Shown here one piece after another: positions 38,900 to 48,212 of a stretch of 64,000 bases of DNA (the first letter of the stretch is position 1; every line of letters begins with the position of its first letter). The position numbers and the translations under genes are program-made. Under the pieces are notes generated by a model. The model did no database searches. It had not been told where the DNA came from and worked only from the letters and a program-made list of their open reading frames with translations. Source of the DNA: an uncultured bacterium. GTDB lineage: Bacteria; Krumholzibacteriota; Krumholzibacteriia; Krumholzibacteriales; Krumholzibacteriaceae. Location of the stretch: the NCBI GenBank assembly GCA_963786935.1, contig CAWBAN010000001.1, positions 513,158 to 577,157 of the forward strand, written 5' to 3'.

Positions 38900-39268
38900 A
38901 TGGCGAAGATATTGATCGTCGACGACGAAGTCAACGTGAGGAAGCTCTACAGCGAAGAGCTTCGGAGCGAAGGGTACCTTACCGTCTCGGCGGCCACCGT
39001 CGCGGAGGCGATCGAGTCGGTGGAGAAGGAGGAGCCTGATCTCGTCATTCTCGATATCAAGCTCGGCGAGGAGAGCGGCATCGACGCCCTCATGAAGATC
39101 GCCAAGCAGCGCAAGCGGCTGCCGGTGATCCTGAACTCCGCGTACTCGGTCTACAAGGACAATTTTCAGACGTGGGCGGCGGACGCGTATATCGTGAAAT
39201 CGGTCGATCTCACGCCGCTGAAGGAAAAGATACGGGATCTTTTGACGACACGGAGGACGCAGGCGTGA
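38900..39268 (+). CDS. Single-domain CheY-like response regulator
   Basis: Receiver pattern: KILIVDDE, phospho-acceptor DLVILDIKL, T/S in LNSAYS and K in YIVKS. It lies inside track ORF 38786..39268. Confidence 0.85.
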   Translation: MAKILIVDDEVNVRKLYSEELRSEGYLTVSAATVAEAIESVEKEEPDLVILDIKLGEESGIDALMKIAKQRKRLPVILNSAYSVYKDNFQTWAADAYIVKSVDLTPLKEKIRDLLTTRRTQA

Positions 39269-39714
39269 TGATGATGATGATGAAAAGAGCGTGCGTTGCA
39301 TCGATGATTATCGCGTTCGCATCGGTCGCGGCGCTCGCGCAGACCGGGAGCGCGCCGACGCGCCAGAGCGTGTTCTCGGATTATCTGAATCCGCAGACGG
39401 GGGCGTCGTTCCTCCGCGTGCCCGGTCTGAGCTTCTCGTCTTCGGCGGGATTCTCGTATTTTTCCGGGGGCGGCGGGGATTCGTTCGGCATGGGCTACTA
39501 CATGGGGCATTTCGGCCTCAAGCTCTCGAGCTCGATCAGCCTCAACTGGGACGTCGGCGTCGGTTCGGTCATGCGAAGCACGAGCGAATACAACCAGCCG
39601 CAGTTCTTCATTCCGAACATGGACCTCACGTACCGGCCGAGCGACAACTTCATGCTACGGATCGAGTATCATCAGAGCCCGTACACCGGCGTCTCCCGGG
39701 CCTTCGGGCGATGA
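39268..39714 (+). CDS. Small secreted Gly/Ser-rich protein (signal peptide), function unknown
   Basis: GTG then (ATG)5 at 39265-39282. The start overlaps the RR stop. A signal peptide is followed by a mature region rich in Gly, Ser, Tyr and Phe. Confidence 0.5.
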   Translation: MMMMMKRACVASMIIAFASVAALAQTGSAPTRQSVFSDYLNPQTGASFLRVPGLSFSSSAGFSYFSGGGGDSFGMGYYMGHFGLKLSSSISLNWDVGVGSVMRSTSEYNQPQFFIPNMDLTYRPSDNFMLRIEYHQSPYTGVSRAFGR

Positions 39715-39818
39715 CGATCGGCGCCCGGCGAGCCACAACATGCTGGGCCGAGAAAATCTTGACATCCAAGATATAGTGCTATAGCCTTGCGGAAAAGCTG
39801 CATCGTTGGGCGTTTCCA

Positions 39819-40988
39819 GTGCGGAGGTTTGCGGTGCTTCGCTGGGATAGACTGATCGATATCGCCCGCGGCGAGGGCGCGGAGGAGAGCAGGGAGATCG
39901 TCCGTCTGACGCGGAAATACGAGGCGGGCGAGGCGCAGCCCGAAGAGATCCTCGAGCTCGCCGGGCATCTGCTCAAGGGCCGGAATCCGAAGAAGGGGGA
40001 AAAGGCGATCATGGAGCTGATCGAGTCCCCCGATCTCGACGAGGCGCTCCTCGAAGAGGCGTGCGAGCTCCTCGAGCAGGTCGGCAGCTACGAGCTCGCG
40101 CTCGGGGGCTACGGCAGGGTGCGCGAGCGCGACCCCGGCAAGGCCCTTCCGCTCTACCGCATGGGGCGGCTCCTCGAGATGCAGGGGAGGCTCGACGAGG
40201 CGATCGCGCTCCACCGGCAGGCGATCGCGGTCGAACGCGACAATCCCGAGTGCTACTACCGCCTCGGCGTCGCGCATACGAAGAATCACCAGTACGAGGA
40301 GGCCGAGGAACAGTACCGCAAGGCGATCGACATCGATCCGACGCATTCGAAGTCGTACACGAACCTCGGCTACATTCTCGATCTCCAGGGCAAGCGCGAG
40401 TCGGCGCTGCTCCAGTTCCGCAAGGCGGTACAGCACAATCCGAAGAACGCGGAGGCGCATTTCAATCTCGGCGCCCTGTACGGCGAGGAGGGTGATCGGG
40501 ACCAAGCGATCAAGGAGTTCCGCATCGGTCTCGAGCTCGACACGGCGAGCATCGAGGGGCATTACAACCTCGGCCTCGCCCTCATGAACGAGGGGCGCCT
40601 CGACGACGCGGAGGAGGAGTTCAAGCGCATTCTCAAGATGGAGCACGACAACGTGAACGCGCTCTTCTACCTCGGATTTCTCTATTACCGGAAAGGCGTG
40701 TACGGGAAGGCGCTCAAGCACCTGCAGCACGCCTCGCGCCTCAATCCGGGGAACTCCACGATCCTCTATTACGTGGGCGAGTGCTTCAACAAGCTCGAGC
40801 AGCCCTCGAAGGCGCTCGAGTACTACAAGAAGGTCACGGAGATCAACCCGACCGATTCGAAGGTCTATTTCAGCCTCGGCGTGATCTACGAGAAGCAGGA
40901 CGACAAGCGGAAGGCCCGTGAATACTACAAGCTCGCCGCCCTCAAGGCGCAGGACGAGGCGCCCGGAGGAACGCGGGTCGTCGAATGA
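39819..40988 (+). CDS. TPR-repeat protein
   Basis: About 8 canonical TPR units (e.g. AEAHFNLGALYGEEGDRDQAIKEFRIGLELD). ATGA overlap with the downstream gene. Confidence 0.75.
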   Translation: MRRFAVLRWDRLIDIARGEGAEESREIVRLTRKYEAGEAQPEEILELAGHLLKGRNPKKGEKAIMELIESPDLDEALLEEACELLEQVGSYELALGGYGRVRERDPGKALPLYRMGRLLEMQGRLDEAIALHRQAIAVERDNPECYYRLGVAHTKNHQYEEAEEQYRKAIDIDPTHSKSYTNLGYILDLQGKRESALLQFRKAVQHNPKNAEAHFNLGALYGEEGDRDQAIKEFRIGLELDTASIEGHYNLGLALMNEGRLDDAEEEFKRILKMEHDNVNALFYLGFLYYRKGVYGKALKHLQHASRLNPGNSTILYYVGECFNKLEQPSKALEYYKKVTEINPTDSKVYFSLGVIYEKQDDKRKAREYYKLAALKAQDEAPGGTRVVE

Positions 40989-42550
40989 AGTCGCTTGCAT
41001 CGATGAAGAGAGCCATTGGCGCGGCGGCCATTCTCGCTGGCGTACATTGCATGGCGCCGGCCGTCCGCGCTGAAACCATTCCTCCCGACAGCTGGGCGTA
41101 CGGGGCGCTGCGGGCCTTCGAGGTGAGCGGGCTCGTGAGACTCGAATCGACGCTCCCGTACACCTATATGCAATGCGAAGCCTATACTCGTGAGATCCTC
41201 GCGAACGTGGATGCGCGCGGCGTTGCGCTCGGTCCGCGGCACGCGTTTCTTCTCGAGCGCCTCGCGAAGCAGTTCGTCGGAATGCGCGATCGTCCCGAGG
41301 ACCGGTGGAGCAAGCCGGTGTACACGGTGCGCGAGGATGAGCGCTTCGCGGCACTCGACGCGAGCGTCGGCGGTTCGGTCGAGAGGAAGCCCGACGGGGA
41401 TTCATGGGAAGCGTTCGGGCTCGCCGTTCCGGGCATCCTCGTGGGATTGGGGCACGGCGTCACGATGGAGACGAGCTACCGGCTCGTGATGGGGCCGGAG
41501 CAGGGAAGCAACGCGCACCTGGAAAAGCCCGACGCGCGGCTGCGGAGCTACCACGGCCTGACGGGGGAGTTCGAGCGGGGGCTCATCGACGCGGGCGGCG
41601 ACTGGTGGCAGGTGCGCGCGGGCAGGGAATACATGCAGTGGGGAAGCGGTCCGCGCGAGGGTCTCACGCTCTCGAGCGCCGGGGGATCGCTCGACCACGT
41701 CGGCGCCCGCTTCACGCTCGGGCGTTTCGCGCTCAGCACGTTCCAGGCGGTTCTCAGCTCCGAGCCGGAGAGACGCTTCGCGGGGCATCGCCTGACCGCC
41801 GCGCTGCCGAACGGTATCGATGTCGGCATCGGGGAGACCGTGGTTTATGCGGGGAATATGGATTGGAAGTATCTGACGCCCCTTGGCTTCTTCTACGCCC
41901 ATCAGTACAACGAAGGAACCAACGCGGATAACATTCTCTGGACGCTCGATTGCAAGGTGCCGCTTCGTCCGGGCCTGCTGCTCTCCGGGGAGTTTCTCAT
42001 CGACGACATTCAGTACGAGCGCGACGAGAATGCCGGTCCGGACCGGCTCGGCCTCACGGTCGCGGCGGAAGCGCTCTTCATGGTGGCGGGGAGGGATCTC
42101 GAGGTCGCCGCCGGATACACCTTCATCGACGCGTACACGTACGGTCATTCGGGGGGATCGCAGTACGTCGCCGGCGACGGCGACACGGAGATGAATCCGC
42201 TCCTCGGCGCTTCGATGGGGCCCGACGCGGACCGGAGCTTCATCACGGGAACGCTCGGTCTGAGCGCGCGGACCGCGTTCACGATCGAGGGGGGCGGCAC
42301 GAGATACGGCGCGTTGAGCACGCTGTTCCACGCGGCGCTGCCCGATTGGGCCCCCGGCATGGACAGCGATCTTCCGTTCCCGAGCCCGCCGGTCCTGTAC
42401 GTGAAGTATCTCCTGGCGAGCCTTCGCTATGATCTGAATCACGGATCGTACGTTTCGGCCGGCGCGTGGATGCGGCAGCTCGATCGGGACGCCGACGATG
42501 TCCACACGAGCGGGAGCTACGGCTGGTTCGAGGTCGTTCTGGATCTCTGA
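40985..42550 (+). CDS. Wzi-family outer-membrane protein (capsule/surface-polysaccharide anchoring lectin-porin)
   Basis: The signal peptide is followed by DSWAYGALRAFEVSGLV...TLPYTYMQCEAYTREIL, which matches the Wzi N-helical motif. The internal YMQWGSGPREGLTLS resembles Wzi QWWGPGYEGSLI. A beta-barrel-like alternation runs to a C-terminal aromatic residue. Confidence 0.65.
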   Translation: MKSLASMKRAIGAAAILAGVHCMAPAVRAETIPPDSWAYGALRAFEVSGLVRLESTLPYTYMQCEAYTREILANVDARGVALGPRHAFLLERLAKQFVGMRDRPEDRWSKPVYTVREDERFAALDASVGGSVERKPDGDSWEAFGLAVPGILVGLGHGVTMETSYRLVMGPEQGSNAHLEKPDARLRSYHGLTGEFERGLIDAGGDWWQVRAGREYMQWGSGPREGLTLSSAGGSLDHVGARFTLGRFALSTFQAVLSSEPERRFAGHRLTAALPNGIDVGIGETVVYAGNMDWKYLTPLGFFYAHQYNEGTNADNILWTLDCKVPLRPGLLLSGEFLIDDIQYERDENAGPDRLGLTVAAEALFMVAGRDLEVAAGYTFIDAYTYGHSGGSQYVAGDGDTEMNPLLGASMGPDADRSFITGTLGLSARTAFTIEGGGTRYGALSTLFHAALPDWAPGMDSDLPFPSPPVLYVKYLLASLRYDLNHGSYVSAGAWMRQLDRDADDVHTSGSYGWFEVVLDL

Positions 42551-43371
42551 TGCGAAAAATCCTGAGCCTCATAATCGTGATGCGTCCGCACAACGTCGCG
42601 GCGGCGCTCCTCTCCGTGGCCGTCGGTTTCGCCATGACCGGCTCGACGCGCTGGCCGTGGCTCGTCTTCGCCGCGGCCGCGTTCGCCACGGCGGCGGGCA
42701 ACACGATCAACGATATCTACGACGTCGATATCGACCGGGTCAACAAGCCGCGGCGGCCCCTCGCCGCGGGGGCGCTGGGCACGACCGCCGCGATCGGGCT
42801 CTACGCCTTCTTCTTCGCCGCGGCGGTGTTTCTCATGCTGTTTCTTCCGGGAGAAGCCGCCGTGTGGATCGGCGTGTGGATCGTGCTGCTCCACATCTAC
42901 AGCTGGCGGCTCAAGCGGATGTACCTCGCGGGGAACGTCCTCGTCTCCGCCGTGGCGGGTTCCGGATTTCTCCTCGGCGCGCACATCGGGGGAAACGTCG
43001 CGGCGGGGGCCGTTCCCGCGGCGTTCACGTTCTTCTTCGTCATGGGGCGCGAGATCGTGAAGGACACGGACGACATCGAGGGAGACCGGATCTGCGGGGC
43101 GAGAACCTTCCCGATCGTTTCGGGGCGCCGCGCGGCGCTCACGACGGCGCTCGCGATCTTTCTCGCGCTGTGCGTCGCGTTTCCGGTGCCGGCCTTCATC
43201 GGGATGTACGGACGAGCCTATGCGCTCATCATGATGCTCAGCGTGGTGCCGATTCTCTTGGTTTCGATAGGGATCATTCTCGGGGGGCGGTCGCTCGGGG
43301 TCGTGAGCACGCTCCTGAAGATCGGGATGTTCTTCGGCTGCATCGCGTTCTATTTCGGGCCGCGGCGATGA
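42550..43371 (+). CDS. UbiA-family polyprenyl transferase (MenA/UbiA/DGGGPS/DPPR-synthase-like)
   Basis: The Asp-rich motifs NDIYDVDIDRVNKPRRPLA and DTDDIEGDRICGARTFP are present across about 8 TM helices. TGATG overlap with the upstream gene. Confidence 0.8.
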   Translation: MRKILSLIIVMRPHNVAAALLSVAVGFAMTGSTRWPWLVFAAAAFATAAGNTINDIYDVDIDRVNKPRRPLAAGALGTTAAIGLYAFFFAAAVFLMLFLPGEAAVWIGVWIVLLHIYSWRLKRMYLAGNVLVSAVAGSGFLLGAHIGGNVAAGAVPAAFTFFFVMGREIVKDTDDIEGDRICGARTFPIVSGRRAALTTALAIFLALCVAFPVPAFIGMYGRAYALIMMLSVVPILLVSIGIILGGRSLGVVSTLLKIGMFFGCIAFYFGPRR

Positions 43372-43399
43372 AGCGGGCCGCGAAGGGAGACGGGCCGTC

Positions 43400-44224
43400 G
43401 TGAGCATGAGTATGTGGATCGTCGTTCTCCTCGCCGTCGTGCAGGGGCTCACCGAGTTTTTCCCGGTGAGCTCCTCGGGGCACCTCGTCATTTTCGAGGC
43501 GCTTCTCGGCACGCGGGCCGGAAACGGCCAGAGCGGGCTCATGTTCGAAATAGCGGTGCACCTCGGGACGCTGGGCGCCGTGATCATATTCTACCGGGCG
43601 AAGGTTCTTCGCCTCTGCCGCGCGCTCTTCGCTCCGATTTTCGGGGGCGGCGGATACGCCGCCTATCGAAACGAGCTGCGCTACATCGGCCTCATCGTCC
43701 TCGGATCGATGCCGGCGGGGCTCGTCGGCGTTCTCTTTCACGAAGACGTGGAGAAGACGTTCGAATCGCCGAGCATCTCGGCGATCCTGCTCGTCGCCAC
43801 GGGAATCTATCTCCTGATGACGAAGCTGCGCGCCGTGCGGGGGAGACTCGGATGGCAGTCGGCCCTCATCATCGGCGTGGCCCAAGCGATCGCGATCCTT
43901 CCGGGCTGTTCCCGGAGCGGCTGGACGATCGCGACGGGATTGCTCATCGGCGTCGGTTTCGCCGAAGCGGCCGAGTTCTCGTTTCTCCTCTCGATCCCCG
44001 CGATCCTCGGGGCGCTCGCGCTGACGCTCGCGAAGGAGCCCGGCGTGCTGAACGCCGGATCGATCGCGCCGCTGGCGATCGGCGCTGCAGCGGCGTTTTT
44101 CGCGGGGCTCATCGCCCTCAAGCTCCTCATCGGGATTCTGACGAGAGGGGGGTTTCACCGGTTCGCCTATTACCTGCTGCCGGTGGGGATCGCGGCGTTC
44201 GTCTATTTCAGGCTTCGGGTTTGA
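43400..44224 (+). CDS. uppP: Undecaprenyl-diphosphatase UppP (BacA)
   Basis: VVLLAVVQGLTEFFPVSSSGHLVI and PGCSRSGWTIATGLLIG are the BacA signatures, across about 8 TM segments. Confidence 0.9.
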   Translation: MSMSMWIVVLLAVVQGLTEFFPVSSSGHLVIFEALLGTRAGNGQSGLMFEIAVHLGTLGAVIIFYRAKVLRLCRALFAPIFGGGGYAAYRNELRYIGLIVLGSMPAGLVGVLFHEDVEKTFESPSISAILLVATGIYLLMTKLRAVRGRLGWQSALIIGVAQAIAILPGCSRSGWTIATGLLIGVGFAEAAEFSFLLSIPAILGALALTLAKEPGVLNAGSIAPLAIGAAAAFFAGLIALKLLIGILTRGGFHRFAYYLLPVGIAAFVYFRLRV

Positions 44225-44289
44225 GCGGGCGGAATCGGCTCGTCCTGCCGCCCTTGACTTCACCCGTGTCCTCACGTAGGCTCTGCGCC

Positions 44290-45075
44290 ATGGGCGCGCG
44301 TGACGACTCCCGCGGTAACTCCCGAAATGACGCCGGCGGCGAAGAAGTGTCGTTCGGCTACCGGCGCGTCAGCGCCGCCGAAAAGAGGCGGCTCGTCGGC
44401 GGACAATTCGATCCGATTGCGCGCAGGTATGACCTCGCCGACGCGATTCTGAGCTTCGGGCTGCATTTCCGCTGGAAGCGATGGGGGATCGAACGGCTTG
44501 CCCTGAAGAAGGGGGAGTACGTACTCGATGTCTGCGGCGGGACCGGCGATTTCGCGCTGCTCGCCGCCCCCCGCGTCGCGCCTCCGGGACACGCGTTCAT
44601 CTACGACTTCAACCGGGCGATGATGCGCGCCGGCCGCGCCACGGTGAAGCGTTCCCGCTTCGCCGGCAGCATTACTTTCGTCGAGGGAGATGCGGAACGT
44701 CTGAGCTTTCCCAACGGCGTTTTCGACGCGGTCACGGTGGGATTCGGCATCCGGAACCTCGTTCATCTCGATCGGGGATTGAGCGAGATGCATCGGGTCC
44801 TCAGGCCGGGGGGACGGCTCATGATTCTCGAATTCTCTCTCCCCGTCCACGGGTGGCTCCGCCGCCTCTACGATGTCTATTCGTTCAAAGTGATGCCTCT
44901 GGGAGCGAAGATCATCTGCGGCACCGCGGAGCCATTCCGGTATCTCGCCGAATCGATCAGGGTCTTCGATCCGCCCGAGCGGGTGATCGAACGGCTGAAG
45001 AACGCCGGATTCACCGATATCCGTTGTCAGCCGCTCACCGGCGGCATCGCGGTCGTGTATCTCGCCCGGAGGTAA
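44290..45075 (+). CDS. ubiE: UbiE/MenG-family C-methyltransferase (demethylmenaquinone/ubiquinone methyltransferase-like)
   Basis: VLDVCGGTGDFALL, FVEGDAERLSFPNGVFDAVTVGFGIRNLVHL and VLRPGGRLMILEFS match UbiE. It lies inside open frame 43414..45075. Confidence 0.8.
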   Translation: MGARDDSRGNSRNDAGGEEVSFGYRRVSAAEKRRLVGGQFDPIARRYDLADAILSFGLHFRWKRWGIERLALKKGEYVLDVCGGTGDFALLAAPRVAPPGHAFIYDFNRAMMRAGRATVKRSRFAGSITFVEGDAERLSFPNGVFDAVTVGFGIRNLVHLDRGLSEMHRVLRPGGRLMILEFSLPVHGWLRRLYDVYSFKVMPLGAKIICGTAEPFRYLAESIRVFDPPERVIERLKNAGFTDIRCQPLTGGIAVVYLARR

Positions 45076-45081
45076 AGCGAT

Positions 45082-46977
45082 ATGAAGAGACCGATGATCT
45101 CGAAAGAGGCCGGACAGATCGCATCTCATTGCCGGCATTATGCGATGTGCAAGATCGATTATCTGGGAACCGGGCTCTGTCCGACCGGTCCCGAGCGGCA
45201 TTTCGTCGCCTACTATCCGCAGGGACGGATGGATATCTGCGACGCTCTGGCCGGCGAGTCGATCCCCGTGACCGAAGGGCTTCTCGATATCGTCGACACC
45301 TGCACGCTCTGCGGAATCTGCGACAGGCAATGCCATTTCTATACCGGCATGAGGCCGATGACCGTGATGCGGGCCCTCAAGGATTACGTGGCGGCCTGGC
45401 GCGCGGAAGGGGGCAGGGGGACGGCGATTCTCGAGGATGAGGTTTTGAAGGAATTGCGGAAGATCGTCGGCCGGGAATGGGCCACGAACGATCCGGCGAT
45501 CCTCGTGACCTATGCGAATGACCCGTTCCCGCTCGCGGGCCCGCGGATGCCCCGCTATGTGGCGCTGCCGGGTTCCCGCGCAGACGTCGAATCGATCGTC
45601 GCGCTGGCGAACGAATGCGGGCTGCCGTTTGCCGTCCGGGGGAACGGCGGGAGCGTCTTCGGCTTCGTCTTCACCGACGGCATCGTCCTCGACATGAACA
45701 GAATGCGGAAGCTCGTGATCGATCCCGACAACTGGAGCGCCGAGGTGGAGCCGGGAGTGACCTCCTTCGATCTGCAGCGGGAAGCGTACCGGCTCGGCCT
45801 CCGGGTGAACGCCGCGGAGCCTGCCGCCACGGTGTGCGGCAATATCGTCTGCACGGGCACATTTTCCACGTGGTCGAACGTCTACGGGACCGCGGCGGAC
45901 AATGTTCTGGACATGGAGTTCGTCGACAGATCGGGCCGGGCCTTTCACCTGAACGACAAGAGCGTCGCGAACCATTTCGCATTCGAGCGAGACGTCCTGC
46001 CGTCTCCCGGAATCTGCACGCGGGGCCTCGTCAAGCTTCATCCCGTGACCGACGACGAGGAAGGGGTTCTCATTCCGTTTGCGGACTTCGACGGGGCCGC
46101 GCAGTTGGCGAGGAACCTGGGGCAGAGGCGGATCGGCCTCGCCGTGGCGGTCCTCGGGGCGCATTACATCGCGAATTTCATGTGTCCGTCGAAGGAGCTC
46201 GCGGCCCGGCTCAAGCGGAGCCTCTCCGAAGTGCTCGGCTGCGAGTACCTGGTCCTCGCCGTGGGCGACCGCGACGCTCGTGACGCGATCCGGCGAATGG
46301 CCGTCGCGGTGATCGATCAGCCCCTTTTCCGGATGCTGATGCTCGGGCTTCCGAGGCTCCTCGATCCGAGATGGGTCGATCTCATCCGCCAGTACGAGGG
46401 AACGATGCGTCCCTACGAGCTCCTCTGCAAACGGGAGATGCGGCCGCTTCTCGATGCGGTGCTCGAACCGTCGGCCGGAACGATCGCGGAGGCGGTGGAC
46501 GAGGACCTGCGGAGCTTCTACGCCGCGCTCTACGAGCGTCCCGAGATGACCGATATGGTTTGGCTCAACATGTTCCGGATCGTCAGCGCGCGCATGTCGA
46601 GGGAGAAGCATATGCTCGCGTTTCTCGTGTACGTTCCGCTCGATCATATCGACGTCATCAAAAGCATCATTGGGGGATTCAGGAGAATCGCCGACGCCGA
46701 GGGCCTCGACAACGACTACGGCTTTCTCACGCCGATGGATTTCGGGAAGCGAGCCATTCTCGAGTACGATTACTACATCGACCAAACCGACCGGGCCGAT
46801 GCGCAACGAATCGCGCGGGTCATGGCGAAGATCGAACCATGGCTGGACGATCTGGCGGCAGGGACCAAAGGCGTCCAGTGGCTGAAATACGTCTTCTCCC
46901 AGGGATGTTCGCGGAAGGAGAATTTTCTCTACGAAACCTTCGGGCCGCCTCTGAACGGGGAGAAGGCGCCGCGATGA
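45082..46977 (+). CDS. Fe-S cluster (CxxCxxCxxxC) plus FAD-binding PCMH-type (FAD_binding_4) oxidoreductase, unusual fusion
   Basis: The N-terminal 90 aa is Cys-rich (CRHYAMC...GLCP...CTLCGICDRQCHF, a ferredoxin-like motif). An FAD-binding domain follows (ADVESIVALANECGLPFAVRGNGGSVFGF). The C-terminal 300 aa are unassigned. Confidence 0.7.
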   Translation: MKRPMISKEAGQIASHCRHYAMCKIDYLGTGLCPTGPERHFVAYYPQGRMDICDALAGESIPVTEGLLDIVDTCTLCGICDRQCHFYTGMRPMTVMRALKDYVAAWRAEGGRGTAILEDEVLKELRKIVGREWATNDPAILVTYANDPFPLAGPRMPRYVALPGSRADVESIVALANECGLPFAVRGNGGSVFGFVFTDGIVLDMNRMRKLVIDPDNWSAEVEPGVTSFDLQREAYRLGLRVNAAEPAATVCGNIVCTGTFSTWSNVYGTAADNVLDMEFVDRSGRAFHLNDKSVANHFAFERDVLPSPGICTRGLVKLHPVTDDEEGVLIPFADFDGAAQLARNLGQRRIGLAVAVLGAHYIANFMCPSKELAARLKRSLSEVLGCEYLVLAVGDRDARDAIRRMAVAVIDQPLFRMLMLGLPRLLDPRWVDLIRQYEGTMRPYELLCKREMRPLLDAVLEPSAGTIAEAVDEDLRSFYAALYERPEMTDMVWLNMFRIVSARMSREKHMLAFLVYVPLDHIDVIKSIIGGFRRIADAEGLDNDYGFLTPMDFGKRAILEYDYYIDQTDRADAQRIARVMAKIEPWLDDLAAGTKGVQWLKYVFSQGCSRKENFLYETFGPPLNGEKAPR

Positions 46978-48212
46978 GAGCCTCCGGCGAGGAGCTGCGG
47001 CGGGCGCGGACGGGGCGGAAGGGGCGGATCCTGCTCACGGGCGGGACCGGCTTTCTCGGAAGCCATTTGGCCGCCGAGCTTCTCAGGTCCGGAAATGAAA
47101 TCTCGTTGCTCGTCCGGCCGCTCAAGCAGCAACGGGCCGGTGAGAGGGTTGCGAGGATTCTCGACTGGTTCGGAATCGGATCCGAGCTCAGGAGAAACCT
47201 CGAGATCCTCGAAGGAACGATCGAAGCACCGGAGTTTGGATTGGCCGGCCGGGTCCTCTGGGATTGCCTCGAGAATACGAGGGAGGTGATCCACTGCGCT
47301 TCCAACACCGGTTTCGCCGAGAGAAAGAGGCCCGAGGTGGAGGCCGCCAATATCGGAGGGCTCCGCAACGTTCTCGATTTCGCTTCGAGGAGCGGGTGCG
47401 TCTTCTTCCATCATATCAGCACGGCCTATGTAGCGGGGAGGCGCGAGGGGCTCTGCCGGGAAGAGCTCACGGATACGGACGACTTCACGAACGTTTATGA
47501 AGAGACCAAGGCCCGCGGCGAACGGCTGGTCGAGGACCGATGCCGCGCCGCCGGCATTCGCCTGAACATCTATCGTCCGTCGATCGTGTACGGCGACTCG
47601 AGGACGGGACGGAGCCTCCTGTTCAACGCCTTGTACTATCCCGTGAAAACGACCGTCTTCCTCAAGGACCTGTATGAGGCCGACATCCTGAGGCGCGGCG
47701 GCCGCAAGGCCGCGATGGTGGGCGTGCGGCGGAACGGCGACGGGAGCATCTATTTGCCCATCCGTCTCGAAGCGGAGGGCGCGGAGGGAATCAACCTCAT
47801 ACCGGTCGATCATTTTGTCGCGGCGTTTACGGCCATCAGAGAAGAAAGCCTGGACGGAGGGATTTTCCATATCGTCAACGCCGGGCAGACGACGATGAAA
47901 GATCTCATCGATTATACTCAAAGGCTTTTCAATATCCGTGGCATCGAGCCTTGCATGCCGGATCATCTCGGATCCGGGCCGAGGAACGCGCTTGAGGTTC
48001 TCTTCGACGGCTACATCGAAGCCTATGGGCCCTACATGCGTGATAAGCGTACGTTTGCCATGGACAATGCGCGAGGCATTCTGGCCGGGAAGGGGATCGC
48101 CTGTCCGGAGTTCGATTTCGAGATCTTCAGCCGGTGCATGAATTACGCCGTTGAGGTGGGCTGGGGCGCCCGGCTGTTCGGGGGGTGCATGAGCGATGCC
48201 GGTAAGCGATGA
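46973..48212 (+). CDS. Thioester-reductase-domain NAD(P)-dependent reductase (fatty acyl-CoA/ACP reductase-like, extended SDR)
   Basis: ILLTGGTGFLGSHLAAELL (Rossmann), ...HCASNTGF...ANIGGLRNVLDFA...HHISTAYVAG and a YEETK catalytic dyad match the TD/NAD_binding_4 family. ATGA overlap with the oxidase gene. Confidence 0.75.

Noticed and set aside
44225-44289. Possible internal promoter TTGACT-N17-TAGGCT or terminator between uppP and ubiE
   Set aside because: The hairpin has no U-tract and the -10 hexamer is poor, so it was not reported as a feature.
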